From Centroscyllium fabricii (lineage: Eukaryota), in assembly GCA_051313645.2 (NCBI GenBank), contig JBNRSN020000024.1, positions 74,028,001 through 74,092,000 on the forward strand: a stretch of DNA of 64,000 nt. Direction: 5' to 3'. Below, piece by piece: positions 45,272 to 58,300 of the stretch (positions are counted from its first letter, which is position 1; each line of letters opens with the position of its first letter). The position numbers and the translations under genes were made by a program. The notes under the pieces were generated by a model that searched no databases, was not told the DNA's origin, and saw only the letters and a program-made list of their open reading frames with translations.

Positions 45272-47578
45272 CAGGAAAGATAAAATGTTGCAAATGGGAA
45301 TGGCAAAACCACACAGCATGAAAAATGGGGGCAGGGATTATTATCTGAAATTGTTGAACTTGATGTAATAGATATTAAGCAGGTGCAGAGACGGGGGTGG
45401 GGGGGGGGGGGGGGGGGGGGGGGAGTAATTCATGTGCATTCCCAGTGGTATCCAAAGCTTAAACACTAGAGGGTGCAATTGCCCATCAGTTGATGGGAAT
45501 ATATATTAAAAAACTGGCCCTAGTTTTGAAGAGGTCATCAACGTGAAATGTCAACTCTGCTCCTCTCATGCTGCCTGGCCCTATGAGTTTCTCCAGCATT
45601 TTCTGTTTTATCAAACTGGATTTCCTGTTGGTACTTAAATTGTTGGAACAACTTCACTCCCATTTACAATCTTTTGATCAAATGATCTGAAGTAGTCCCA
45701 TTGTTTCAAGAGGCTGTGGAAGGTATAGTTAGATTGATGCACATTTTATAAACTGGTGATATTTTGTGTACAGGATCATGTTTTTAAATATTATCCAACA
45801 CCTTGTGCATCTGCTCAATAGAACTTCTGTTGCACACTTGGGTTTTTTGTATTGTGCGGCTATTCTGGAATGCTATGAGATTGGGCTGTCTCCAGCCAGA
45901 CTAAATGGCACTCTCTCAATCTGGAGCACAAGATGCAGGGAGGGGAGGTAAATTCTCTTACAGGATATCTCTACATCTGGTATTTGCCAACTTTGTATAA
46001 AGTTGAGCATTGGTGACTAATACCCACGAGCTGATGGCTGGATCTGCTTTTGGGGGCAGGCAGAAGAGAGTGTGAGCAACTTGGCACTAGGCATAAATCA
46101 ACTTGGAATTCCATCAAATGCTGCAGCTATATAGAATACAGTCTAGCTAGCAGCTACCTTTTCTTGTGTGGCTGGGTTTCAAATAAGACATGCAGTCTGT
46201 TTGTTTTTAATAGTGAAATGCTACCAGTTAGATTGTGCCTCCATACTGAGAATGGAAACTGATTAAAATTGAATATAGGTGCTCTTCAGTGGCATGCCTT
46301 CCATGAATTACTTGACATTTGTTCTACTCTATTTGTTCTACTCTGCACTGTTTGTTAATCTGGGACAGAGCCCAAGTGAGACTGATGTGCTGCATACATG
46401 AGGCTTTTCCTTACTGCAATCTCTGCCAGAGGGCATTAGTATGGCCCAGTCATGGCTTTCACTAACACTGCTTTGCTATCACATTTTCTCACCTAGATAT
46501 TCTAATTGCCTTTTCACTTGCTGTGATGGTCCTTCCTCTGATTCTAGTGAATCTTGTACTGTAATCTCCAGCAGTCCTGTAACTGCCCCCACAAAATGGA
46601 AATGTGTAATTCTGGAATTAAACATTAAATAGTGAACTCCAAGTGACATTACACTAACTTTAAACTATAAACCCTAATTATTATTTCACATTACTTCAAC
46701 TGGGCAAAAGTGCTATTTTGTAGAATTGTACAGCACAGAAGGTCATTTGGCTCATTGTTCCTGTGCCCACTACCCTGCTCTTTACCCACAGCCCTACAAA
46801 ATTTCCCTTTCCAAGTATATATCCAATTCCCCTTTGAAATTTACTATTGCATCAGCTTCCACTGTCCTTTTAGGCAGCACACTTAATTTTCAAAGTAATT
46901 TCCATGAATCTGCAACTCTGGTTTACTCCTAAAACTGCAAATGTACATTGCCAAAGTAATTGCAACTAAATGTTTTGATGCTAGTGTCCCTGACTTCCCA
47001 AATTGCACAGAAGGAGCAGGACACGGGTCTGAGCTGCTCTGCCATGACTTAACCCTTATTTACTGAGATTTAACTTACTTATTAAATTAAGTTGTACTTC
47101 TTTGTAAATGTTTGAGAAGTACTTACCAACCAGTCACCTACCTACTTTCTTGATGTATTTCTCAGTCACCTCCTGTTTCCCTTAACCCCTAAAAGGTTAG
47201 AGGAGGTGGGAGGGTAGGAAACATTAATGTAGTGTGCCACAAGGTTCTAGAACAACCTTTGCCTAGCTGAAAGTGCCATTTAGTGAGCTACTTTACTGAA
47301 TACAGGGTACTTGATAAGATACAAAACTGAGTGAACAAATTATGTAAGACACCTAAATTGCTTAGTCTGCTAGTTTAACCATCAAGTTCGTTTTGATTCC
47401 CGTCCAGCAATGTGCCACCTTCTAAGTGTGAAGGAACCAAATTCAGAGATTAAGTTCCACATTTTAAAAGTCAAGTTAATTACTGTTGGCAAGTTATGAC
47501 TGAGCAGTTGTTGCATTGGTTGAAAGCAGCCATTTGGTTACAAGCCAAAGAGGGAGGTAGATTTAAAATTCCTTCCCA

Positions 47579-50574
47579 TATGTGAAGACTGGGACCCAGA
47601 GTGAAGGCATAAATGGTAGGGGAATACAACCTAATAAAGGAAAGCAGACTAGACAGCAAAACAAGGTAGTATTAGGTCAGAGAATGAAAGGTATATATTT
47701 TAACGCAAGGAGTCTGACTGACAAGGTGGATGAGTTAAAGGTATTGGTTGACACATGGGAATATGATATAGTAGCTATCACGGAGACGTGGCTGAAGGAG
47801 GGGCAGGAATGGCAGCTAAATATTCCGGGGTATAGAATTTTCAGGCGGGACAGAGACGAGGGAAAAAGGGGAGGGGGTAGCGATACTGATTAAGGATTCA
47901 ATCACAGCCATCAGGCGGGTCGACCTAATGGATGATTCCTCAAACGAGGCACTATGGGTGGAGGTAAAAAATAAAAAGGGGGGGGCACCTTACTGGGAGT
48001 ATATTATAGACCACCAAACAGTAATGGGGAGATGGAGGGCAAGATATGTGAGCAAATCACGAAGATAAGCGAAAATAACAAAGTAATAATATTAGGGGAC
48101 TTTAATTTCCCCAACATCAACTGGGATTGTCAGAGTATGAGGGACACGGAAGGTTCAGCATTCTTAAAATGCAGCCAAGAGAGTTTTTTGAAGCAATATG
48201 TTGGGTCACCTACAAGGGGGGGGGCGGTACTAGACCTAATACTTGGGAACGAAGACAGGCAGATAGAGGTGGTAACAGTGGGGGAGCACTTCGGGGATAG
48301 TGACCACAATTCAGTTAGTTTCAAGATTGTAATAGAGAAGGATAAAAATGGACCAGGGGTAAAAGTACTAAACTGGGGGAAGGCGGATTTCATTAAAATT
48401 AGGCGCGATGTAGCCGCAGTAGACTGGGGCCATCTTCTCAGAGGAAGATCTGCATCAGAGCAGGGGGAGGCCTTCAGAGGGAAGGTCGGGAAGATACAGG
48501 AGGAACATGTTCCTGCAAAAATCAAGGGCGGGGGAGGTAAACAAAGGGAACCTTGGATGTCTAGGGATATATGTAAATTAATGAAGAAAAAAAGGGGGGC
48601 CTTCAATGAATATAAACAGCTAAAAACGGAGGAGGTGCTAGGGGAGTATAAGAAGTATAGGGGGGAATTAAAGAAGGAGATAAGAAAAGCCAAGAGGGGT
48701 CATGAGATTGCAATGGCCGGCAAAATCAAGGATAACCCTAAGGCATTTTACAGTTATATAAAAAACAAAAGGATCACGAGGGAAAGAGTGGGGCCCATTA
48801 AGGACGATAGCGGAAAGCTGTGCGTCGAGCCCGAGGCGGTGGGGGAGGTACTAAACGAATTTTTCTCTTCAGTATTCACAAGAGAGAGGGACGGAACCGA
48901 CATTGTAATCGGACAGAGGGTAGGGGGGGTAATTGAGGATATTACCATTACAAGGGAAGAAGTACTAGAAATCTTGGGAAGCTTAAGGGTAGACAAATCA
49001 CCAGGGCCGGACGCGATGTTCCCCAGGCTGCTGTTCGAGGCCAGGGAAGAGCTTGCAGGCCCCCTGTCTCAAATTTTCAGGTCCTCTCTCGCGTCAGGGG
49101 AGGTACCCGAGGACTGGAGAACAGCTAATGTAGTACCCCTGTTTAAAAAGGGTAGTAGGGACAAACCGGGTAACTATAGGCCAATCAGTCTTACATCTGT
49201 AGTGGGGAAAGTAATGGAAAAAATTCTGAGGGACAAAATCAGTCTGCATTTGGAAAGGCAGGGTCTGATAAGAGATAGTCAACATGGCTTCGTCAAAGGT
49301 AAGTCGTGCCTAACTAATCTCTTGGAATTCTTCGAAGAGGTAACAAAAAGGGTGGATGAAGGGAGTACGGTCGACGTGGTGTATATGGACTTCAGCAAGG
49401 CTTTTGATAAAGTCCCACATAGGAGACTGATAACAAAGGTAAAAGCACATGGGATACAGGGCAACGTGGCAGTGGATTCAAAATTGGCTGGGGGACAGGA
49501 GACAAAGGGTAATGGTAGAGGGCTGCTTCTGTGACTGGAAACCAGTAACCAGCGGAGTCCCCCAAGGATCGGTTTTGGGACCCTTACTGTTTCTAGTATA
49601 CATTAATGATTTGGACACGGGAGTAGGGGGTACGATCAGCAAATTTGCTGATGATACGAAAATTGGAAGGGTGGTAAATAACGATGAAGATAGTAAAAGG
49701 CTCCAGGAAGATATAAATGTAATGGTTAGTTGGGCAGAAAAATGGCAAATGGAGTTCAACCCAGAGAAATGTGAGGTCATACAATTTGGCAGACCAAATG
49801 GGGTAAGGGAATATACCATGAACAAAAAAACATTAGGTAGGACCGAGGAACAGAGGGACCTTCGGGTACAGGTGCACAGCTCCCTGAAGGTTGCTGGACA
49901 CGTAAACAAGGTGGTTAAGAAGGCATATGGAATTCTGGCCTTTATTAACCAGGGCATAGTGTACAAAAGTAGGGAGGTAATGTTAAACTTGTATAACACG
50001 CTGGTGAGACCTCAGCTGGAGTACTGTGTGCAGTTCTGGTGACCGCACTTCAGGAAGGATGTGGTTGCCCTGGAGAGGGTGCAGAGAAGGTTTACCAGGA
50101 TGATACCTGGTCTGGGGGACTTATGCTACGAGGAAAGGCTGGACAGGCTGGGGTTGTTTGCCTTGGAGAAGAGAAGATTGAGGGGTGACATGATCGAGGT
50201 GTACAGGATCATGAGGGGACACAATAAGGTGGATAAAGGGGCATTGTTTCCCTTGGTGGGAGAGTCAAGTACCAGGGGACATGGATTCAAGATTAGGGGG
50301 GGGGGGGGGGGAAAGGTAAGGAGAAATTTCTTTACTCAGAGGGTGGTGGAAGTGTGGAACTCCCTGCCTGTAAGGGTGGTGGAGGCAGAAACCATCGCAA
50401 CATTTAAAAAAAATTTGGACCAGCACATGAAGGACCGTAACATACAGGGTTATGGGCCAGATGCGGGCAAATGGGGTTAGTATAGTGAGGAGTTTCCTGG
50501 GCCGGTGCGGACTGGATGGGCCGAATGGCCTTTATCCGCACTGTAAAGTTTCTATGATTCTATGATTCTATGAT
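47579..50574 (+). mobile_element. Young CR1 LINE, 5'-truncated but with whole ORF2 (APE endonuclease + RT), present only in copy B
   Basis: MKGIYFNARSL...[58 protein letters not shown]; (ATTCTATG)n tail; empty site CCCATG|TAATACTGAAC at 20561-20577. Confidence 0.95.
47684..50480 (+). pseudogene. CR1 ORF2 with a few frameshifts and one in-frame stop
   Basis: Pieces 47582-47893, 48032-49534, 49449-50042, 50061-50480; TGA at 50040-50042 where the family has Ser (QFWSP). Confidence 0.85.
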
Positions 50575-52306
50575 AATACTGAACACAAAAAAGGTCAGAA
50601 GAGGAAAGATTCACCGAGTTTAATGGTCTGCATAAATGCAACATTTTACTACAAGTTTTGATTTATAAACTATTTCTGGAAGTAGACTGGATTTTGGAAC
50701 AAACATTAAACTGAAACAAGGTTGTTACGACAAGAACATTTACATTGAAAGTCCCACCCTGGAGTCAAAGGTTAACGTAGCCATCACACCAAGTCCCCAA
50801 TTTGCAGGGACTTGCATTGGTAATTTAGGAGAGTGAGTAGATTTGATTTTACCACTACCTCCTAAAAAGAATTGGCTTTGCCAAGATATGTCCAATCACA
50901 TGGAGACAGCACAAGTGTTTCCAGCACAAGGGCTCTCGACTGTCCAGTGACTTTGGAAGAAGTGATTGAACAAGTTGAGAAAGCACTTGGCAATCAAGGG
51001 GGGGGAAAAAAGGGTCCAGAGTGTTGAAACTTGATTTAAGTACAGTTCCATGTTGTATGAAGAATGTATACAAACAAATCGCATCAGTGTTACCTTGAAA
51101 CCCTGTTGGGGTCCATTTTAGATGCAATCCACACCAGAAGGTGCACTGAGCAGCTAGGGGCTTATGACAAATACATTTTTTGCACACACAAGACATGTAT
51201 AATGAGACTTCAGAATTCACCATGCTGAACAGAATTCAAGACCTGTGCATTTGACGACAGTTCCAGCACAGAAGGAGTCCAGAGATCAAGGCCAATGTGA
51301 GGGCAATCACTGCTGCTGCAAATAGGACGCCATCAGCTACATTTCCTGTAAACAGATTTAAAGTTGTGAGACTGACGCTGTATACCAATGATTACATGCA
51401 CTATCCTCCCATTCTACTTCCAGCTAGCTTATACCAATATTCTTCATCTCACTCCATTATACACCAGTGCCCAATGAATGTTTTGAAACAGGTTCTCCAC
51501 TACACCATACCAATGATAGCTTCAAGATCCCATGTTATATCATGCCTTCAGAATTCCCAATATGGTTAATACATTTTTCCAAGATTCTGACCAGTTCACC
51601 ACACACCTCAATCAGGTCAGCTGCACCAAATTTAGACCAGCAACTCTAGAAAGCACAACTGCTACTTCCTTGTAACCCATGCTCTTCAATCTGAAGCCAG
51701 ATATCATGACAAGGAATGTTATGTTGACTCACATCAAGCTATTACCCTATAGCAAAGGCATTAAGCTAACACTGCAATACCATAATCTAGTACGAGCCAT
51801 TTCGTTTACCAAATTTACTACAGCTGGGAGGCAAATCCAGTTAGGAGCACAGCAGAATACAAAGTGTTACCTTCATTCTGGGCTCTTGCCAAGTGAAGCT
51901 CTTGAGTACCCATATGCCTATTGTCCAAAGGGGTGTAATTTAACCTTGTTAACAAAAGTAAATACATACAAGTAACATTTCCCCAGTGCCAAAGACTGGT
52001 TTGTACCTTGTGGCAGTGATTCAGCGCAGGAGTTAATTTTCAAATTATTCCACATTTGTTAAGTTAAGTTAAGTGAACCTGAAGCAGTTTAGGGACACTG
52101 CAGTGACTACACCCAGTTGCACCAGAAGGCATTTTACAAGGACTGGCATTGCCAATATAAAAGAAATGGCAGGAGCTGTAGTGAAGTACTTACAAGAGGC
52201 AGGAAACAATGCTGGGGTAGAATGAGCGCACAAGGGCCAGAATAGCAATATCCCCGATTAGCCAATAAAGTTAGGGCCACTAGACATGATTATTTAATTT
52301 ACAATG

Positions 52307-55300
52307 TCAGGTCTGCAGGGCCTGTTCATCCAATTCTGCAAATTTACAAGCGAGCCCTTCAAAAAGTAGTTAGCTGCCAGTTCAGTCTTCACATTACAAT
52401 TATGGCGCAGGATTATGACATTTTGGTTAGGAATAGGCATGCAGAACACTTCATACCATTTGTCTGGGAAGATTCATCAACACGCTCTTCAAGAGAGAAA
52501 ATTATTGGCTTCTTCAGTGTTACCAGTCCTTGGTGTTGGGCTTCAATTGAAGAAAGTAAGTCTGAATTTCTGGTGATTCCTGGCAAAGGAGAAAGTGTTA
52601 GTGATATTCTACATATTAGTCAGTCATCTACAACCCACTCGAAGCCTGAAATTTGCAATCATTTAAGCCTTTCCTAGTCTCAAAATAGTTGGTTTTCTAG
52701 TGCAAGCAAATAATGAGGCACTCATGGCAGCCTGCGGTTATATTTCAGCTTCACAACTGTGAAACACTGCTGAAAGATCCCTGCAGACTGCACATTGCAG
52801 GTTCATGCAGCTCAAATTGTGGAAAGTTGCATGAGAGAGTCAAGGCAGCAGAGAATCAGATTTAACACACAATTATTGGTCTGCCTACAATAGCTGTAGA
52901 AAAACCATCATGGCTGAAAGATGGGCAGCATGAAATATTTGAAGTCGTAGGTGCTGCTTACTTTTTCCAGCGTCACACGTTGTGCTACACTTTTCCATTT
53001 CAGACAGAAGGCACACAGCTGCACTACAATGAAAGTAGACCTACAAGGGAGAAAAAAGTTATACTGGAGCACCAAGTCAGTGAGAACATAAGAGCAGGAG
53101 TAGATATCTCAGCCCCTAAAGCCTGCTCTGCCATTCAATAAAAGGTATAAAAAAAGGTCTAACCTCTCCAGTCAAGAGGACGTGAACTCTGCCCCAAAAC
53201 GTAAAGGTCTTCACTTCAAACCGTTTGTGATGTGTTGGAAACTGCAAGCTGGGAGTGGCATCGACTGCATGCAACTGGGTCAAGTAGTTGTCCTTATAAT
53301 ATGGGCACCTAGGACAAAAAAAAACACCAAAGGCTTTGTTGTGAAGGTGTTCATCCTGGATACAGAATGCTTATTTGTCCAGTTCAGCTTCTGTGAAGAT
53401 TATTCTTACTATTGGGGGGGGGGGGGGGGGGGGGGGGAAGAAGTGAGGTACAAAAGGATAGAGAAAAGTTCCTTTCACATCAAGTCAGTCATAGTTAACA
53501 TGGGGAAACTGAATCTGCACACAGCAAAGGTCTCCCAAAAAACCAATGAGCCAAGATGAGACCAGACCATCTACAAGATGCACTGCAGCAACTCGCCAAG
53601 GCTTCTTCAGCAGCACCTCCAAACCCATGACCTCTACCATCTAGAAGGAAAAGGGCAGCAGGCACATGGGACCACCACCAGCTACAAGTTTCCTTCCAAG
53701 TTACACACCATCCTGACTTGGGAAGTGTATCACAGTTCTCAGTCACTTGGTCAAAATCCTGGAACTCCCTCCCCAACAGCACTGTGGGAGTACCTTCAGA
53801 TTGCAGTGGTTCAAGGTGGCAGCTCACCTCCTCCTGCAGGGCAACTAGGGGTAGGCAATAAATGCTGGCCTTGCCAGTGATGCCCACATCTCAAGTGGAA
53901 AAAAAAATAAAAAAATGTGTGTGTTACTGCTGGAGATAAATGTTGGCCAAGACATAGAATTCCCAGCTCTCTGAATGGTGCCAAGAAATCTTCCACACCC
54001 AAGAGGGTATATGGACCCATTTAAAGTGTAGCGTGCAACACTTAGTGGAGGATGTCAGCTTAGGTCTTGGTTTCATGCCTCTGGGTCTGACAGTAGGGAA
54101 ATATCAAACTGGTGAAGGTGGAGAAGATCTTTGAACTAAAAAAAAATAAGTGAACTGGATCTTGGTCTTTTACTTAAATACTAAACAGCTTCAAATTTTA
54201 GCTGCAAGATTTTCAGACATGCTAAACAATTATTGCACAACTATAGCAATCCTGGTAACAAAGGGGAAATTAAGGCCAAGAAAAACAAGAAAGTTTCAAT
54301 GCTGTAGTCACATTCAAGCCATGAACCTGGCTACAAAGGCAAATATTGAATTATCGATTGGGAAATAAACTGCCTTGCCACAAGCCTCAGCTGAAGAAGC
54401 TTTAATACAGCACAAGGGAAGTGTGGAAGTATACTTGCCCTTTCACAAGAATGCTCCACTGTTTGCCATGAGGGGCTGGTGTTTGGGTTGCCCAACAGTC
54501 ATTCAGCACTAGTGCAATGTTGGCATCCACTCTGTGGAGAAGGCGTACTTCTGCATACACTGGCTCCCTAAGAAATTTTACTATCGGGTAGTCTTCATCA
54601 GCAAACCAAGTACTGTAGGACTCCTCTGTGGAAATAAACTAAATCAGTAAAATGTACAGGCCTAGTATTCTTCCAACTCACATTGAAAGTTTGCGTTACC
54701 TTTTGCAATCCTCATTTCCATTTGGAGGACACCATCCTGCACGACAAAAGGCAGAGGCGAAGGAGTGTTCACCACCAGCGTCAAAGGGATGTTCCTCCTG
54801 CCTGTTAAATGGCAGGTCACGTGCAACCTATAAGCAATAACATTAAAGGCTTTTCTCTTGTAGAAAGCATCAGCAAAACTACTAGAAATGGAGGAGCCAA
54901 AAAAAGTGCCAATCATTGTAGTAGACCTCCCAAGCTGAACATGAAAAGTGCTAAAGCTTTGCATCAGGGTGGAGTTATGGGGGGCAGGGGAGAAGAACTG
55001 GTGCAAGAGCCTGGGGGGGTAATGGAGCCAGGTTTAATCTCTGCAAATTTCAACATTACCACAGAATGAACTGATTTAAGCTCGGAGTTCAAAAAAAGGA
55101 AGGGTGTGAGCAACTTTACCAAATGTGACAAAAGTATATTACATGATACGATAGCAAAATACTGCGGATACTGGAAATCCAACCGAAAAATGCTGGAGAA
55201 ACTCAGGCCAGGCAGCATCGGTGGAGAGTTATTGTTTCAGGTCGATGACCGTCAACTGTTTCTCTCTCCACCGATGCTGCCTGGCCTGCTGAGTTTCTCC

Positions 55301-58300
55301 AGCATTTTCTGCTGCTTTATATTACATGAGAATGATGTTTTAAGTTAGAACGTTGAAAAACATGTGGGGAATACCCAAGGTGGCAGTGGCGACCAGTCTC
55401 CGTGCAATTATATATTTACATAATCAGACATGTCCATCGAGGGGGCATCAGGTAAAGCAAGAGAAAAACTCAAAAAAGGACCTTTTGGCAACAGCCTGAT
55501 GGATGAAACACTTTCCATTATTGCATCACGGTCCCATGTTAAAGTAATTGGACATGGAGGAGGAAGAGGGATGGTAGTGCAGGTCCAGCTTCATATTCCA
55601 TGGGATAGCCACAGTCTCCTGAAGCTTCCTTCTGGGGGGGGGGTTCCAATGTTTGGGGGCTTGAAGTTGGCCATAAGCTCTCCTCTTGGATAGTGAGCAC
55701 ATGGATGGGTCTGGTCTTGCCAACACCTCACTAGCTGCCACAAGTGCAATTTTTAATTAGAAAGTTCGTTAGAAAGTTCGGTTTTGACCCAGTGCAGGAT
55801 TCATAAGCTTACCTGAAAGTACTGTCTCTGGTTATAGAGCCATGAGGTCCTTTACGGATTTTCCTTTTTGCCATTACATCCACTTCATAAGTGATGTTTA
55901 CTCCATCAATCTATTAAAAAACACAACTTGAGTTTGAGGAGTTGGTGACCCACTAAAAGCAAAAGATGTGCAGGTTAGGTTGATTGGCCATAAGAAATTG
56001 ACCCTTAGTGTTAGGGGGATTAAATATGTGGGGTTACAGGGATAGGGTGGGATGTGTGTCGGTGCAGGCTCGATGGCCCGAAATGGCCTCTACTGTCGGG
56101 ATTCTATGGAAAGAAAAAAACTTACCGTTAGTGTGGTCCCACATGAACTTAAAGGAAATCTGAAGACAACAATTTCAGCCGTCCTGGCTACAGAGGCACA
56201 TTCGGAACTCTCATTATTCACCAAGGAGACAGAGTCAAGATCAAGTGGGGGTACCGTTGCCACCCTGGGGACTACAATGGTAAATAGCCCATTGCTTGTG
56301 CAATCAATATAAGCTGGGGGAAGAAGAGGGTCATATGCAATTAGCAAACTTAAGTTTGCCACAAAAAAGTGTTTACTACAGCACTCAACTTGAAGGGACC
56401 AGTTGTCTAGCATTGGATTTAAATTAGAACTTGCAAATTATATAAAATTTAATAAACAAAATTTAGACTTTACAACAGGCCTCAAAGCTTTCTGCAAGCA
56501 CACCGCCGATTACAAAGCTGCCACAGACTTGTGCCAACAGCACTTGAAAGTTGCCACTTTGTAGCAATGAATAAGGCTGACATGTACAAGCACCAAACTA
56601 TTATTGCTGAAGTCAGAATATGGAACAAATTGTACATTAGTAAGGTTCTCATCCAGTCATTTTCCATAACCTGAATTTAAATAAAACCAACCAGTTTTTC
56701 CATAAAAGCAAGGGGTCTGCACATTGACTGGATCATAACAGCATCCTGTGGCACCACATGCCAGCTCACCAAGTGTGGCATTTCCACACCTTACACGGTC
56801 CTTGGCACCAACATCACAAATTTTGGCTTTGTCTGTAACAGGTAGAGGTTACAATGAATACCAAGTGGTGAACTGAACTGCAATTTAAAGAATCAAAAAG
56901 TCAAGACACCTAGTGTTGCATTCCAAGTAATCTTCAGGTGCACACATTTTACTACCCAAAGATTTGATATTAATCCCAAGTCAACATCAATTTTTCAAGA
57001 TCATAATCTTGTTACAGGCTCTAGATAAGTTTGCAATATCCTATCTTTTACATAAACTTGTAAATAGGTAATTTACTAGTACTTTAAGCAACAAACTTCA
57101 GGTGTGAAACACATTAGCCACACTACATTGAGTAGGCTTTACATTAAAGCAAATCACTTTTGTTCTACCATTTAAAAAAAGTAATTTCCACTAACTTGAT
57201 TGAGTTGTTTGATGAGGTAACAGGGCAGAGCAGTTGATGTTGTATATGGACTTTCAACAAGGTGTTTGATAAAGTACCACATACTAGGCTAGTTAGCAAA
57301 ATGAAAGCCCATGGGATACAAAATTAGCTAAGGGGGTAGAAAACAGTTGGTGAATGGCGGTTTCCCCAGACTGGAGGCATACAGTGGCATGTGAAGATTC
57401 AGTACTAGGACCACTGCCGCTTTTGATGGTCTTGTGGGTAAAGGGCACAATTTTGATACTTGCAGATTACACAACTTGGAAGTATAATAAACAGCAAAGA
57501 ATGCAAGACTTCAAGACAGACTTGTGGAATGGGCAGATGCATAGCAAATGAAATTTAATGGAGACCACACTAAAAATGGTACCAGTTTAAAAAAAAAAAC
57601 CATGGGAAATCTTTGAAAGCAGCAGGACAAGTTAACAAAAGCAGTTTATAAAGCATATTGGATCATGGGCTTTATAAAGAGGCATATAGAGTACAAAAGC
57701 CAGAAAGTTATGCCAAGCCTACATAAAACACCAAGTTCAGCCCCAGCTAGAGTATTGTCCATTTCTAGGCACCACACTATAGGAAATATGTGAAGGCTTT
57801 GGAGGGTACAGAAAAGATTTACTAGAATGATTCCAGGGATGAGGGATGGACAGACTAGAAGGTGAAGGTTGCTCTTTGGAGCAGAGAAGGTAAAGGAGAT
57901 TTGACAGCGGTTTAAAATCATGAAGGGTTTAGCTAGTACTGTTTCCAATGGCTGAAGAGTTGATAACAAGAGGGCACAGATTTAAAAAGGTGACTGGCAA
58001 GGGAACTAGAGGCGACATGAGGAAGTTCAAAAGTGGTTAGGATTTGGAATGCACTGCCTGAGGAGTGGATATAGATTCAACAATAGCCTTCAAAGAGGAC
58101 ATGGATAGATACTTGAAATAGGGGAGTGGGAACTAACTGGATTGCTAAGAGGCAACAGACTCAGCCTCCTGTGCTGTACTATGATTTTATGCCAGACAAT
58201 ACAAATAACATCTTTAAAAGCTAGTTGGCCTCTGGAGAATGATGCTTCATCGGTATTTCTACAAACAGACTCTGGCCTGCATTGGAGAAATAGCACTCTT

